Source of the DNA: a virus
Strand: one strand, 5' to 3'
Virus record (IMG/VR): IMGVR_UViG_3300044642_000074
Coordinates: 50,809-114,808 of that record
DNA length: 64,000 nucleotides
Shown here: piece after piece, positions 1-11,800 of the stretch
Layout of the letters: every line of letters starts with the position of its first letter
How positions within the stretch are numbered: position 1 is the stretch's first letter
Translations under genes and position numbers: made by a program
The notes under the pieces: generated by a model
Database searches by the model: none
What the model saw: the letters and a program-made list of their open reading frames with translations, nothing else
Told to the model about the DNA's origin: nothing

Positions 1-354
1 AATCCTTTCTTTAATGTAGATCCTAGATCTGGTCTTTCTTATTTTACAAATGATGGGTATACTACAAAAGATCTTGGAAGAAGTTCTGCCGGTGCAGGTG
101 GAGGAGGTATAGATTGGTCTGAAATAAGCAGAGGCTTTCAAGATGCCAAAGGCAAGTTTCCTGGTCTTACTGAAGAGCAGTATCTCAGAATGACCAATCA
201 AAGAACTACATCTGTTGATACAAACAGAGACGGTCTACCTGACAGGACAAGTACTGCAAACATGGGACCCATGAGCTACATGTCTCAGATGCTTCCTATG
301 TATATGGCAATGTCTAACATTGCTAGATCAGCTAATCCTTTTACCGGGCAATAA
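1..354 (+). CDS. 3' end of a probable virion/cargo protein (partial)
   Basis: Frame 1 is open from base 1 to TAA at 352-354 (NPFFNVDPRSG...DTNRDGLPD...NPFTGQ*); not in the ORF track because it lacks a start. Confidence 0.7.
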   Translation, partial: NPFFNVDPRSGLSYFTNDGYTTKDLGRSSAGAGGGGIDWSEISRGFQDAKGKFPGLTEEQYLRMTNQRTTSVDTNRDGLPDRTSTANMGPMSYMSQMLPMYMAMSNIARSANPFTGQ

Positions 355-411
355 GTTTATTCACACGCTTTAAACCTGTTAAGTTTAGTATTAAACTTCA
401 GAGATTTTTTA

Positions 412-426
412 GTATATTATAATGTA
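412..426 (+). promoter_or_regulatory. Candidate late-promoter element GTATATTATAATGTA
   Basis: 14/15 identical to GTATATTATATTGTA at 38139-38153, which precedes the other plus-strand operon. Confidence 0.4.
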
Positions 427-431
427 CACCT

Positions 432-2792
432 ATGGCTACATACCTTCCTAATATTACTGACGCAATACCAGAGCCAGCGTTGTTTACGCCTGACTTTTCC
501 TTCTTAGATACTATGCTAAGGAGAAGGCAGGGTCTTTATGAGCAAGGCTTTGCTCAGGTAAACAGTGCGTACAACTTTCTTAACAGGGATGTAACGCAGG
601 CTTACAATGCTCAGACTAAACAAAGATATCTTAATGAAGCTCGTTCTCGTTTAAAGAACTTGTCTGCTATGGATTTGTCTCAAAGACAGAATGTTTCTAC
701 AGCAACAGGTGTATTTGAACCTTTTTATAAGAATAGTACTTTACTTGGTGACCAGGCTCTTACTGCTCACTGGAACCAGCAGTTAAGTGTAGCAGATTCC
801 TATCGTTTACAAGACGGAGGAAAAGAGTTTCATGAAGATAATGCTGCTCTTGTCCGAATGCAACAGGAAAAGTTCAGAAGTGATACTCCTGATTCATGGC
901 AAAGGTATTACGGTAACCGTGAATATTATACTCCTTTTTATGACGCAGATAAGGAGATGATAGAGCTGATGAAGAACTTTAAGCCTTCTTCTACAAAGAT
1001 TGAAAGGGTAAACGGTATGTACATGGTTACTACCAAAGATGCTTCTTGGACCAAGGAGGAGATTTCTAGATACCTGAACGCTACTTTGTCAGAAAAAGCA
1101 AAGAAGCAGTTAGGTATACATGCAAAAGTTAGATACTCTGATCCTGCTGCTGTAGCTGGTCTATATGTTAACCAGGCTCAGATGGAACTTCCTGTTATTG
1201 AACAGAAGATATCAGATGTTAATGCATCTATAAAGAGTGAAAGAAACAAAGAAAAGCTTGAACAGCTTAAGAGTCTGCGTGAAACATTTGTACAGAACAG
1301 AAACGAGATTGCTTCAAACTTAGAAAGTATTTCTAAAGGAGATATATCTTTTTTACAAGGTAATGCTGAAAAGTTTGCCAGAAACGTATATATGTCTCAG
1401 GCTGTAGACCGTATAGCCAAAGGGTTTTCTCATAAAGATATTGAGCAGACCATTGATGCTAACCAAGTAGCCATGATGTATGCCCGCATGGCTTTTGACC
1501 GTGCTGAAAACGAAAAGAACAGAAAGGCTCAACAAGGAACTGAACTTCCTATAGTACCTGTTACTAGGGAAGGTGAGACAGTAACTACTTCATACAGTAC
1601 TTTACAGAATGATATTAAGAATGCTAAGAAAGTATCTGATGCTAAGTTTAACGAACTTAAAGACTACATGACTACTCAAGATGCTTTCCGTGGAAGATCT
1701 TCTGCTAGTATTACAGGGGAGGAAGTACAAAAATGGGTTTCTTCTCATCAACAGAATGAAAAAGTAATAGCTTTTGTAAATGCAGAAACAGTACATAGTG
1801 CTAAGAATGACCAGCTTACTAACTGGCAAAAAGGTGCTGAGCAGTGGGCTGTTCAACAAATGGGCAGTGAATATGATCAGCTATTAACATACCGTGAAGA
1901 ACAAAAGAAACTTGAAAACAAAGCTGTAAATAATATTACAGGTACTCAAACTATGACTGTAAATGGTCGTACGTTTCAAGTTCCTTCCTCAGTAATACCG
2001 GCAGGAAAAGATAAGTATTATTTTGAAAGAGGACCTTATGGTAAATCTCGGTATGATATAGATAAAGACTTGGCTAAAGCAGGTAGTAAGATGGTTGCTA
2101 GACAACAAACAGGTATAAATGGAGAGGCTTTAGAAAAGAAGTTTACTGATTTGAAAAAGCAGTATAATAGTAAGCAGAATACTGTGGAGGTAAGTAAGAA
2201 TACTCAAGGGTTTACTTTGAGTACTGATGATAAAAGATATAAATCTGCGGTGGGTTATCTTGAATCTATTTCTGGAGCTGATGGTATGATTTCTGGTGTA
2301 AAATGGTTTCCGACTTTAGAAGGGTTTGACATGACCTTTAAGTTAAATGATGCTGATAAAACAAATCCTAAAGATAGAGAAAAGCTAAGGAATGATTTAA
2401 TAAGTACACTAGGAACTAATCAGGTTACTTATAATAAAGACACTGATGTTTTTACTGTTGGAAATTTGGCCCCTACAATATCTCCTAGGTTAGATCCTTA
2501 TGGAGGTATTCCACCTGTGCACAGACAAGCGTTATCTTCTATTGAGGGGCTTGCTGGTCAGCCCGGTATGACAAGATCAACTGTTGCTTTTCCGATGACA
2601 GGAAAAGCTGGTACACATGCTGTACAAGTTGTAAAGTTGTTTGGAACCACCCCAGAATCTGACAGTTATATATTATATATGAATAACAAGTCTATAGATA
2701 GACCCTATAGTTCTCCATTGGACGCTTATGGTGCTGCTTTTGGCTTGGTCAACAATCCTGTTGCTTTGAGTACAGTATTGTCTGGTAACTAA
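432..2792 (+). CDS. Virion cargo/ejection protein (first of the three large vRNAP-locus genes)
   Basis: 786 aa, largely helical/coiled-coil, directly upstream of the vRNAP as in crAss-like phages. Confidence 0.65.
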   Translation: MATYLPNITDAIPEPALFTPDFSFLDTMLRRRQGLYEQGFAQVNSAYNFLNRDVTQAYNAQTKQRYLNEARSRLKNLSAMDLSQRQNVSTATGVFEPFYKNSTLLGDQALTAHWNQQLSVADSYRLQDGGKEFHEDNAALVRMQQEKFRSDTPDSWQRYYGNREYYTPFYDADKEMIELMKNFKPSSTKIERVNGMYMVTTKDASWTKEEISRYLNATLSEKAKKQLGIHAKVRYSDPAAVAGLYVNQAQMELPVIEQKISDVNASIKSERNKEKLEQLKSLRETFVQNRNEIASNLESISKGDISFLQGNAEKFARNVYMSQAVDRIAKGFSHKDIEQTIDANQVAMMYARMAFDRAENEKNRKAQQGTELPIVPVTREGETVTTSYSTLQNDIKNAKKVSDAKFNELKDYMTTQDAFRGRSSASITGEEVQKWVSSHQQNEKVIAFVNAETVHSAKNDQLTNWQKGAEQWAVQQMGSEYDQLLTYREEQKKLENKAVNNITGTQTMTVNGRTFQVPSSVIPAGKDKYYFERGPYGKSRYDIDKDLAKAGSKMVARQQTGINGEALEKKFTDLKKQYNSKQNTVEVSKNTQGFTLSTDDKRYKSAVGYLESISGADGMISGVKWFPTLEGFDMTFKLNDADKTNPKDREKLRNDLISTLGTNQVTYNKDTDVFTVGNLAPTISPRLDPYGGIPPVHRQALSSIEGLAGQPGMTRSTVAFPMTGKAGTHAVQVVKLFGTTPESDSYILYMNNKSIDRPYSSPLDAYGAAFGLVNNPVALSTVLSGN

Positions 2793-2806
2793 ATATCCTA
2801 TACCCC

Positions 2807-5800
2807 ATGATAGAAAACCTTTTTGAACAAGGCTTAGATAACGTTGACGTTCCTGAAAACTTGGAAGAAACTCCAGGTTTAGAACTTGGTAATCTAGATC
2901 AGCCTGAAAGTCCTGAGCAAAGTCCATTAGGAACACCTGCTCCTGTTCAATCTACACCTTCGGTTGATCCTCCTACAAAGAAGTATAAGTCTTATGAGGC
3001 TGCTTTGGATGCTGCAGAACTTGGGGCTAAAAAGTTTTTTCCTTTTGCTGATACTGACTTCTTAAGATCCAAGACTGTTTCTGGTGATCGTGCCAGAAAG
3101 TATAACGATATGGAATATGGCTACCGTTATGGTGTAGACATGGATGACTTTTACGGGGAGATGGAAAGTCCGCTAACTACTTTTGCTAAAGGAGCAGGTA
3201 GATTTGTATTAGGTGTAGGAACCAAAGTAGGACAAGGTGCAGGTTTTCTTTTAGGTCTTGCAAACCCTCAGAATTGGGATGAAGATATTATTACAAAAGC
3301 TTCCGATAACGGTATTACATATTTATTTGACCAGCTGGACGAAAAGACCAAGCAAGATTGGTTACCTACTTTTCAAGAAGCAGCTGATAGAGACAAAGGT
3401 TTTTGGAATAAGTTTTTTACAGATGGGGATTTTTGGATGACTGATGCTGTAGACGGTGCTGCATTTCTAGTATCTGCATGGGTACCGGGTATGGCATTGT
3501 CTAAGTTAGGTCTAGGAACAAAGTTAGCTCAAAGTCTTTCAGGTCTTAGACTTGGTGTTGGCGGAGCTGAAGCTGCTGTAGAAGGAGCAGCCATGACACA
3601 GAACTATCTTACTAAAGCTAACAGTATCTTCAAAACAGGTATTGATAAGTTTAATGCTTGGGCTTTAGCAACAAGTTCTGAAGCTATGTTTGAAGCTGCA
3701 GAAGCAAGAAGGGGTATTATAGACTCATTGACTTATGATGAGTTTGGACGTTTGAAAATTAATCCTGTTACAGGAACTCCATATTCAGAAGATGAGAAAA
3801 GAAAGATTGCCGGTGGAGCTGCTCAGAATAGTTTCTTACTTAATGCTGCTTTGCTTGCTGGTACAAATGCTTTAGAACTTAGATGGATAGGCTCTATGTT
3901 TGGAGCTGGAGAAAGAGCTGCTGTTAGTGGAATAACCGGTGCAACTAATCTTACAGACCGTATGGTTGCAGAACAGGCAGTAGGTAAGTTTAGTAAGTTT
4001 TTATCATCTGGTAAGGGTGCTTTTTTAAGTGGAGCTACACAAGGTATTCTTGCAGAAGGTTTTGTAGAAGAGAATGCTCAGCTTGCTATACAGCGTGTAA
4101 ATCAGCAGTATGGTATGCAAGGTAAGGTTGCTGAATTTGGTAACCTTGGAGACTTTATAACTCAGTTTAAGAATCAAACCTTCAATGCTTTAATCGGCAA
4201 GGACCCAGAGGCTGCTACTAGTATAGGTATTGGTGGTATTCTTGGTACGCTAGGAGGTGGTATATCTTCTACAATACAACAGCGTAAAGATAGAACTCTT
4301 ACAGAACAGGTAATAAATGCATATAACTTAGCCCAGGATAACTGGCTTAAGTTTGGTAACATATATAAAACTCAAGATGTATTTACTGTAGATGAACAGG
4401 GTACTACTGTAAAAACACAGCAGGTAGTCTTTGATCAAAACGGGGAACCTGTAGTTGATCAAGAAAAACTGTCGGGTGCTTTAACAGGTTATACTGCAGT
4501 AACAGCTGCACTAGATGAAGCTTCAAAACTACAACCAGGTTTTCAAAGAGATATACTTAGAGACACTGCTTTTGCAGATTTTGTAACAGCTCATATTAAT
4601 GCTGGTATAGAAAACACTGTTATAGATAAACTTAACAGTCTTCAAAAAGCTTCACCTCAGGATCTTGCAAAGCTTGGATTTACTGTTGGTGAAAACGCAG
4701 AGCAGCAGATCAATAGGTATAAGAACCTAGCATCTGCTATTATCAATCAGAACAAACTGATTAACTCTGATATCTTGGTTGACAATAGCCAGGAAGATAA
4801 AGCCCGTAAAAATTATTTATTAAAGCTTGCTGCTGACCAGGCTGTATATAAGAGCTTGGTAAATGAGAACCAGACAGCCCTAACCGAGATACAGAATCAG
4901 TTAGTTACTTCTGAGAATTCTTCATTGTCAGATGGTTTAGTAGAACAGCTTAATGAGCTTGCTCAAAGGATCAAGTCTCAGGAAGAGATACTTCAGGAAA
5001 TGGGTACTAGTCCTGACACTGGTATTCGTAAGCAGGTAGCTAATCAAGTACTTGATGAGCTGAAGCAAAACTACGAACAGTTAGAAAAAGATAATACTAC
5101 AACTATTCAGAGTCTTAAAAAAGACAAGGATGGTTTTTATGAATATGAAAAACCAGGCCGTAATATACCTGGTGTATATGATCAGTACAAGAAGAAAGTA
5201 AGATTAAAAGGTGAACTGCAAAACCAGATTAAGTTAAATGGCCTTGAGTGGTCTAAGTATGCTGATACTAAAAACGGTAAGCAGAACTTTTTACAGATGT
5301 TCAAAGAGGACATTGTTGATCCTTTAACTCAAGCCGCAGCTGAAGCTCAGGACGCACAGTCTCAACTCGGAAAAACAATTACTCTTACTGGCACAGATGC
5401 TAACGGTAATCCTAAAGCAATAGATATAACCGTAGGTAAACTGTACGTTGGTAAGTTTACCAAGTCAGAAAGATACAGAGGCAAGCAGATTGTATCTGTA
5501 TTTAATAATGATAAGATTAAGATATTAGATATATCAGAGGATGGCTCTACCGTTACTATAAAGGCTAATGGAGAGGTTATGGAAATGTCAGCACAAGAGC
5601 TGGCAGATATTGCTATACCAGAAAACTGGAGAGCGTTTGATTCTTTAACTGATGATCAGAAACTTTATTTGACCCTGCGTAACCAAGTAATTGAGTACAG
5701 GGTTTTAGAACGAGATGCATCAGGTAAACCTATAAAACAAGCTAATGGTAAGTACAAGACACGCGTTGTAAAAGGACGTGTGGCTATGAATAAGAACAGA

Positions 5801-8800
5801 ACTGATCTTTTATTTACATATATAGACCCTACTACTAACAAGAAGAAGTTTGTGGACTTTGACATGAGGTATGTAGTAAATCAGGAGTCTCTTGAAAAAC
5901 TTCTTACCCCTCAGCAGTTTTCTGTTAAATCTCAGGAGGAAAAGGTTAAACAAAAGTATGAGACTCAAAAGCAGTTTCTTACAAACCTTATTACTGAAAC
6001 CGAAGCTAAGCTAGCTGATGCAGATACTCGTCGTCAGGCTAATGTTCAGGAGTTCCAGAAGCTGGAAGAAGATCTGAAAGGTATGAGAGAAATGCTTGAA
6101 GAAGCTGTTTCATTCCTTGAAAAGAATCCTTATACCCGTGGCAGAAAAAGCAATGCGTACAAGTCAATGGAAGAATTGTCTCAGCAGCTTACTGATGAGA
6201 TCAATAAAAAAGAGACCCAGCTTGCTGCTTTGCAAAAAGAAAAGGAAGATCTAACCAATCTTCTTGAAGCTCTTAAGAGCACTAATGAACTTTACTACCA
6301 AGGTCTTATTGAGTTGGAAGAGACTAGCCAGCCGTTTCTGGCTGATCAGTCCGGATCTATATTTGCTCAAGAACAGGCTGACTTGGAAACTGCACAAGAC
6401 AATCAGGTAACCAGACGCTTTAACAGCTCTGAGTTAGAACAGATGATTGAGCAGACTGAAACTGAGGTAGAACTTATTGACGATAGAGTAAACTATTTAC
6501 AGGGATATATTAACCAGCTGAAAAAAATGCTGGATAAAGTCCTGGTATTTAAAGATGTAGCTGATGCGTTGATGGAGATCACTGATCGTGAGCAGCTTCG
6601 TAACGCTCTGAAGATGCTAGAAGACCAGAGCTCTGTTCTTGCAGACAATACTGATGTAACCAAAGTTGGTGATATACTTTTACCTTCTGCTCCTGTTGAG
6701 AACATAGCTCCTCAGGTAACTGATGTAATAAAGAAAGAAATTGTGAAGGCTCTCCGTAAAGGACTTGCCCGTGGAGATAAAGGTATAGAAGCTCAGTACA
6801 CCCTTGAGTTGATTCAACGTTTAAAGGATTCTGTACAAGAGATGGATGATCTCATTCAGAAAAGAGATGAGCTTGCTCCTAAGTTAATCAGACTAGAAAC
6901 TGCCCTTCAGCAGAAGCAATTGCTTACTAGCTTGCAGGAAAGAGTAAACTTCTTAAAGACTATACAGGAAGGATTACTTGCCCAGTATGAAATACGTCAG
7001 CAGGAAATACTTACCCAGCGTCAAAGTAAGACAGCTGAGGTTGTACAGAACCAGATGATGGGGGACAAGCTTGCTGATGAGGAAGTATCTCAGGATTCTG
7101 AAACGTACAACTTTGATGTTAAGAAGCCTCTTTTAGCAGTACATGGATTATTTACTACTGCCGGTAGGCACTTTGTAGATGATGCGGATACAGAGCTGAA
7201 CATGGAAAACAATAACGCCCTGTTCTATAAGTTATCTGCAATGGCCGATTTGCTTACAGATGAGTTTTACTTGATGCCTGTAACTGCAGAGAATGATACG
7301 TTTGGTATCAGACGTCCTGATGTTTACGGGGATGATATCAAGTTGGTTGTAGTAAAGAAAGTAGGTAATGAGTTTAAGTTTGTAGATGCAAACGGTGAGG
7401 TTTTAGAAAATCCTACTAAAGAAACTTTAGTATATACTTCTATGCATGGTAATGCTACCATGTTTGGAGATAACGTACAGGCCGCAGTAGACAGTGTAAA
7501 GAACAGCTTTACTACAAAAGGTCTGACTGATGCTGAGATCCTGGATCATATTAAAAGATTCAAAGCATTCAGAGATAAGATCAAAGCTGATATAGAAGCC
7601 GGAAGACCTGCTTATGTACCTGTAATGGGTAAGAGCAAGGGTGTGCAAGTCTTTGTAGAAAAAGACGCTAGTGGTCTACCTCAGGAACTTCCTATGGAAG
7701 GAAGACTAATCAGTGAAGACACTGCTGACTATACTAACATGACCCACCCAGATGGGCAGGGTATATCTTTAGTAGTGTCTACTTTAAAAGATAACACTGC
7801 TGTGGATGTAAAACCCGGTCGTGTTATAATGCAAAAAGCAGACGGTACCGGATTCCGCGTATTTAACCGTCAGCTTTCACAAGAAGAAAAAGACAACTTT
7901 ATAAATACACTAAAGGTTCTTACTGGCTTATTGGCTAGAAAGAATTCTACTACAAGTCCTCTGTCTAAGCAAGAGGCTTTGGATCTTAGTGATGTTCTTA
8001 CTTACTTGAACGGTTTAGTATTCTGGACTAAGCAGGATAGTATAAGTCAAAGTGAGAATAAGTTTTATATTAACCAGGACAATGGTATGCTTTACCGCGG
8101 CACCAATGCTGTAGCACTTACAGCAGATGCTATTGAAGCAGCTAAAGAAACTCTTACCAAGGATCTTTACCACCAGGTTAATAACAACCTGGTTAAACTT
8201 AATGATCCTTTCTTCCAGGTTATTGTAGATGAGAACATGAAGATCAGTAAGGTAGAGTACCAAAACTATGTGCATTACTTACTGGGTACTCAGGACATGA
8301 AGGGACAGAATCGTAGACTCGGTACACCAGTGGTCTATACCAATACTCCTGCATATAGTCCTGATGACTTGACACCTCAACTTAAGAGCGTATTCTTTAC
8401 TTACCAGGATCCTGATAATCCGATCATCCCTAAGGTTACCGTTACACAGAATAACATAGCGTTTCCTGCTGCACAGGCTCAGCCAAACGGTCAGCCAGTA
8501 GTAGGTACTGCAGCTACTGGATTTGTAATTAATCCTGCTGCTTTTGGTGCAACGGCACCTGCAGCATCTCAGCAGCAGACTCCTGCTCCTGCAGTTGCTG
8601 CCCAGAATCCTTTTATATTTAATCCTGCCGGTTTTACAGCTCAGCCTCAGGCACAACCTGCAGCTCAGCCACAACCCGCTGTTCCTGGTTTTGTATTCAA
8701 TCCTAATCAGCCAGTACAACCTCAGTCTACTACTCAGGCTCCGGCCAATCCTTTTATCTTAAATACTGCAGAGTTTGTTGCTCCTCCTCAACCGGTATTT

Positions 8801-11800
8801 CCTACAACTCAGACAGCAACACCTGGTGCAAGTACTCTGATAAGTACCATACTTTCTGATCAATATCAGCAAAGTATGCCTAGCATGTCTGACCCTAGTA
8901 CCAAGGTTAGCAATGTGTACAGAGAAGCTCTGGATACTTTGAAGAAAAGAGAAGACTTTAAAAAGGTAGCTAAATGGTTTAGTGAGAAACTTCCACAGAT
9001 TTCTGTAGAGAAAGTAGCTGAGCTTATTGACGGTATTGCATGGGGGGCATTTAAAAACGGTGCGGTATATATATCTGAGAATGCAGAAGAAGGTACTGGT
9101 TTCCACGAAGCTTTTGAAGCAGTGTGGGGTAGTTATCTTACTGTAGAAGAACAGATGGAGCTTGCAAAAGCGTTCCGTTCTTTAGAAGGAGAGTTTACTA
9201 ATCCGTTTACTAAAGAGACCAAACCTTACAGCCAGGCTTCTATGTACGATGTACGTGAGATGTTAGCTGAGGGTATGAGAGATTATATGTTAGAAAGAAG
9301 TACTTACGGAGGTAAGATACTTGCTTTCTTTAAAGAACTATGGAATGCTATTAAAGCACTAGTAGGACTTGGAAACATTAATGAAGCTGAAGAGCTAATT
9401 AATAATGTCTATAAGTCTATTAATCAGGGTAAGTACGTCAATGCTAAACAGGTTCGTGACGTTAGCATGATGGGTACAGCTTACAGTCAGGCTATCCCAG
9501 GTACTACGCAGGAGTTTAGTACACAGTTTACTGAAGGACTTACCGGGTTCTTCTTTATGAATCTGTATGCTAGCCAAAAGAATATTGACAGCTTACTTGA
9601 TAAGTATTCAAATACCAACCAGCTTCTGAAACAACTCTTTGTTCAGAGTTTGGAAGACATGAAATCTTACCTGGTTGGACCTATGTCTAACTTTGCTCAG
9701 CGTTATGTTAACGTAGCAAGAAAGCAACTTGGTCGTGACCTTACACAGGATGAGCTGAACTTCTTATATACTCAGTATCTTAACCAGGATAGAAATGCAT
9801 ACCAGATAGAGCAGGCCTTCGGTCAGCCAAAGTATGTGTATGATAACCTAAAAGCATCTCTGAAGAAGTTTGGTTTGCAGTTTAAAGAATTGACAAGCCA
9901 GGAAGATGAGGAGTTTATTAATAATAAAGAAGAATCTGTAACTGATGCTTTAGGTATCCGTGATGCTATTTTCATAGACCCCCGCAGACTTACTGCAGTA
10001 AACTTCAGAATGTTACTTGGGTCTTTGACTTCAGATACCTATGACAGTGCATACAAGTCAGACACTAACCCGATGGGTATTGTGTTTGAAAAAAATAATC
10101 TTGGTCTTCCCAAGCTAATTGACTTTGATAATGTTCATAACATGCTTATCAATGAGCTTAATGGATCTGCTTCCCGTATTGAGGGAGGTAAGTTCATTGA
10201 CGCTTTGACCGAGATGATGAACAAGCTTGATAAGAAATATAAAAACATTAACGGTACTTATAAGCCTGGATACGTATGGATCCAGCGTCTGAAGAACCGT
10301 TTGAAATATGCCGGTACTGAAGGAAGTTATTTTACAACTGCTAACATTACTGCAGATGATATAGCCTTGATGATCGGTTTTGAGAAGAGTTTGCTTAACA
10401 AGCAGAACCTTCCTGTAAAGACTATTATTGGAGAGAACGGTTACATCTTTGATACAGATCCTATTCAGACAAACTCTGAAAGCAAGATCCGCGAAGAGTG
10501 GGAAAACAATGTGATGACAAGTACTCAGCCTTTGTCCCGTAAGAGTCAGTCTAGTTTATTGGGTGTGGATGACAAGGGTATGATCGTTATTGATCGTAGC
10601 AGCTACGCATATGCCGGTAACCCTGCTGATACAAGCAAGCCACACTTGTCTATGTCTAGACCTACGTTTAACCAGATAATAGAAATACTATCTGAGTTTG
10701 GAATTAAGTTTACGGCTAGCAATGAGGAGCTTAAGAAGCATAAGGTTGCTATTAACAGATCTTATAGTGCGATCAGGGAAAAGATCATAGACGGTACTAT
10801 TTCTACCATGCAAGATCTTTATGGTCGCAACGTAGTTAACAAGGCCATCACTGACCTAGTGGAAATCCAGGCAGAGTACAGTGCAGAGGATAATGTACTA
10901 ATGCATTTAACTGCAGAAGGTAAACCTCAGTACTCTATCACACTACCTTCCAACATTACATATGTACTTAACTCATTGAATGATGCTAAGAATCTTGCTG
11001 ACTTTGTAAGCAGCAATCCTCAGTTTGGTTTTGTAGACCAGAGCGGAAATGTTGCACTACATCCTTACCAAAGCAGAAGCTTGTTGTTAAAACCAGGTGG
11101 GCTGATATTTGATGCAGATGGAAACAAGCGTCTTGATATGGATGTAAAGTACCATCTTATTTCTGGTGTGGCTGCTCAGGACAGTGACGGTACAAATACG
11201 TCTGACCTGACTTACCCTGACCGTGTAATGCAGGAAATACATTACTTACTTAAGAATATTCACTATACTATTATCAACTCTGATAAGTCTACAGAGTTTG
11301 CTTTAGGACTGAACAATAGTTTTGTCAGCTTTAGAGAAGCATCTGCCGGCATTGATTCAGCTGACTTTAGTAAGGTAATTAATATTTACATGGATCAGCT
11401 AGAAGATGAAATAGATTCAGCTGTCCGTGAACAGGAGCTTCCTAGTAATATACAATACTATTCTAAAGAAGTTAAGCAGCTTGGTCACTACAGGGATATC
11501 CTGGGGCCCGCGTTAGTAAAAGAGTTTACTGATAAGGTTCTTAAAAAGAAGATGACCAAGCAGGACTTCATGAACAAGCCTGCTGTACAGGCTGCTATAA
11601 AGAACCATATTACTGGTCTTGCTAGTGAGACCTTACAAGGCCTGATTGATCTAGATATTATTAAAGCTACCCAGGTTGGAACAACAACTGCAGGAAAACC
11701 TGTATTTGAATACAGCACCAAGGCTATCAGTCAGGAGCAGTTGTCTTTACTGAAGCTTGATGGTAGCCAGATGAACCAGGCAGATATAGAATCATTGATG

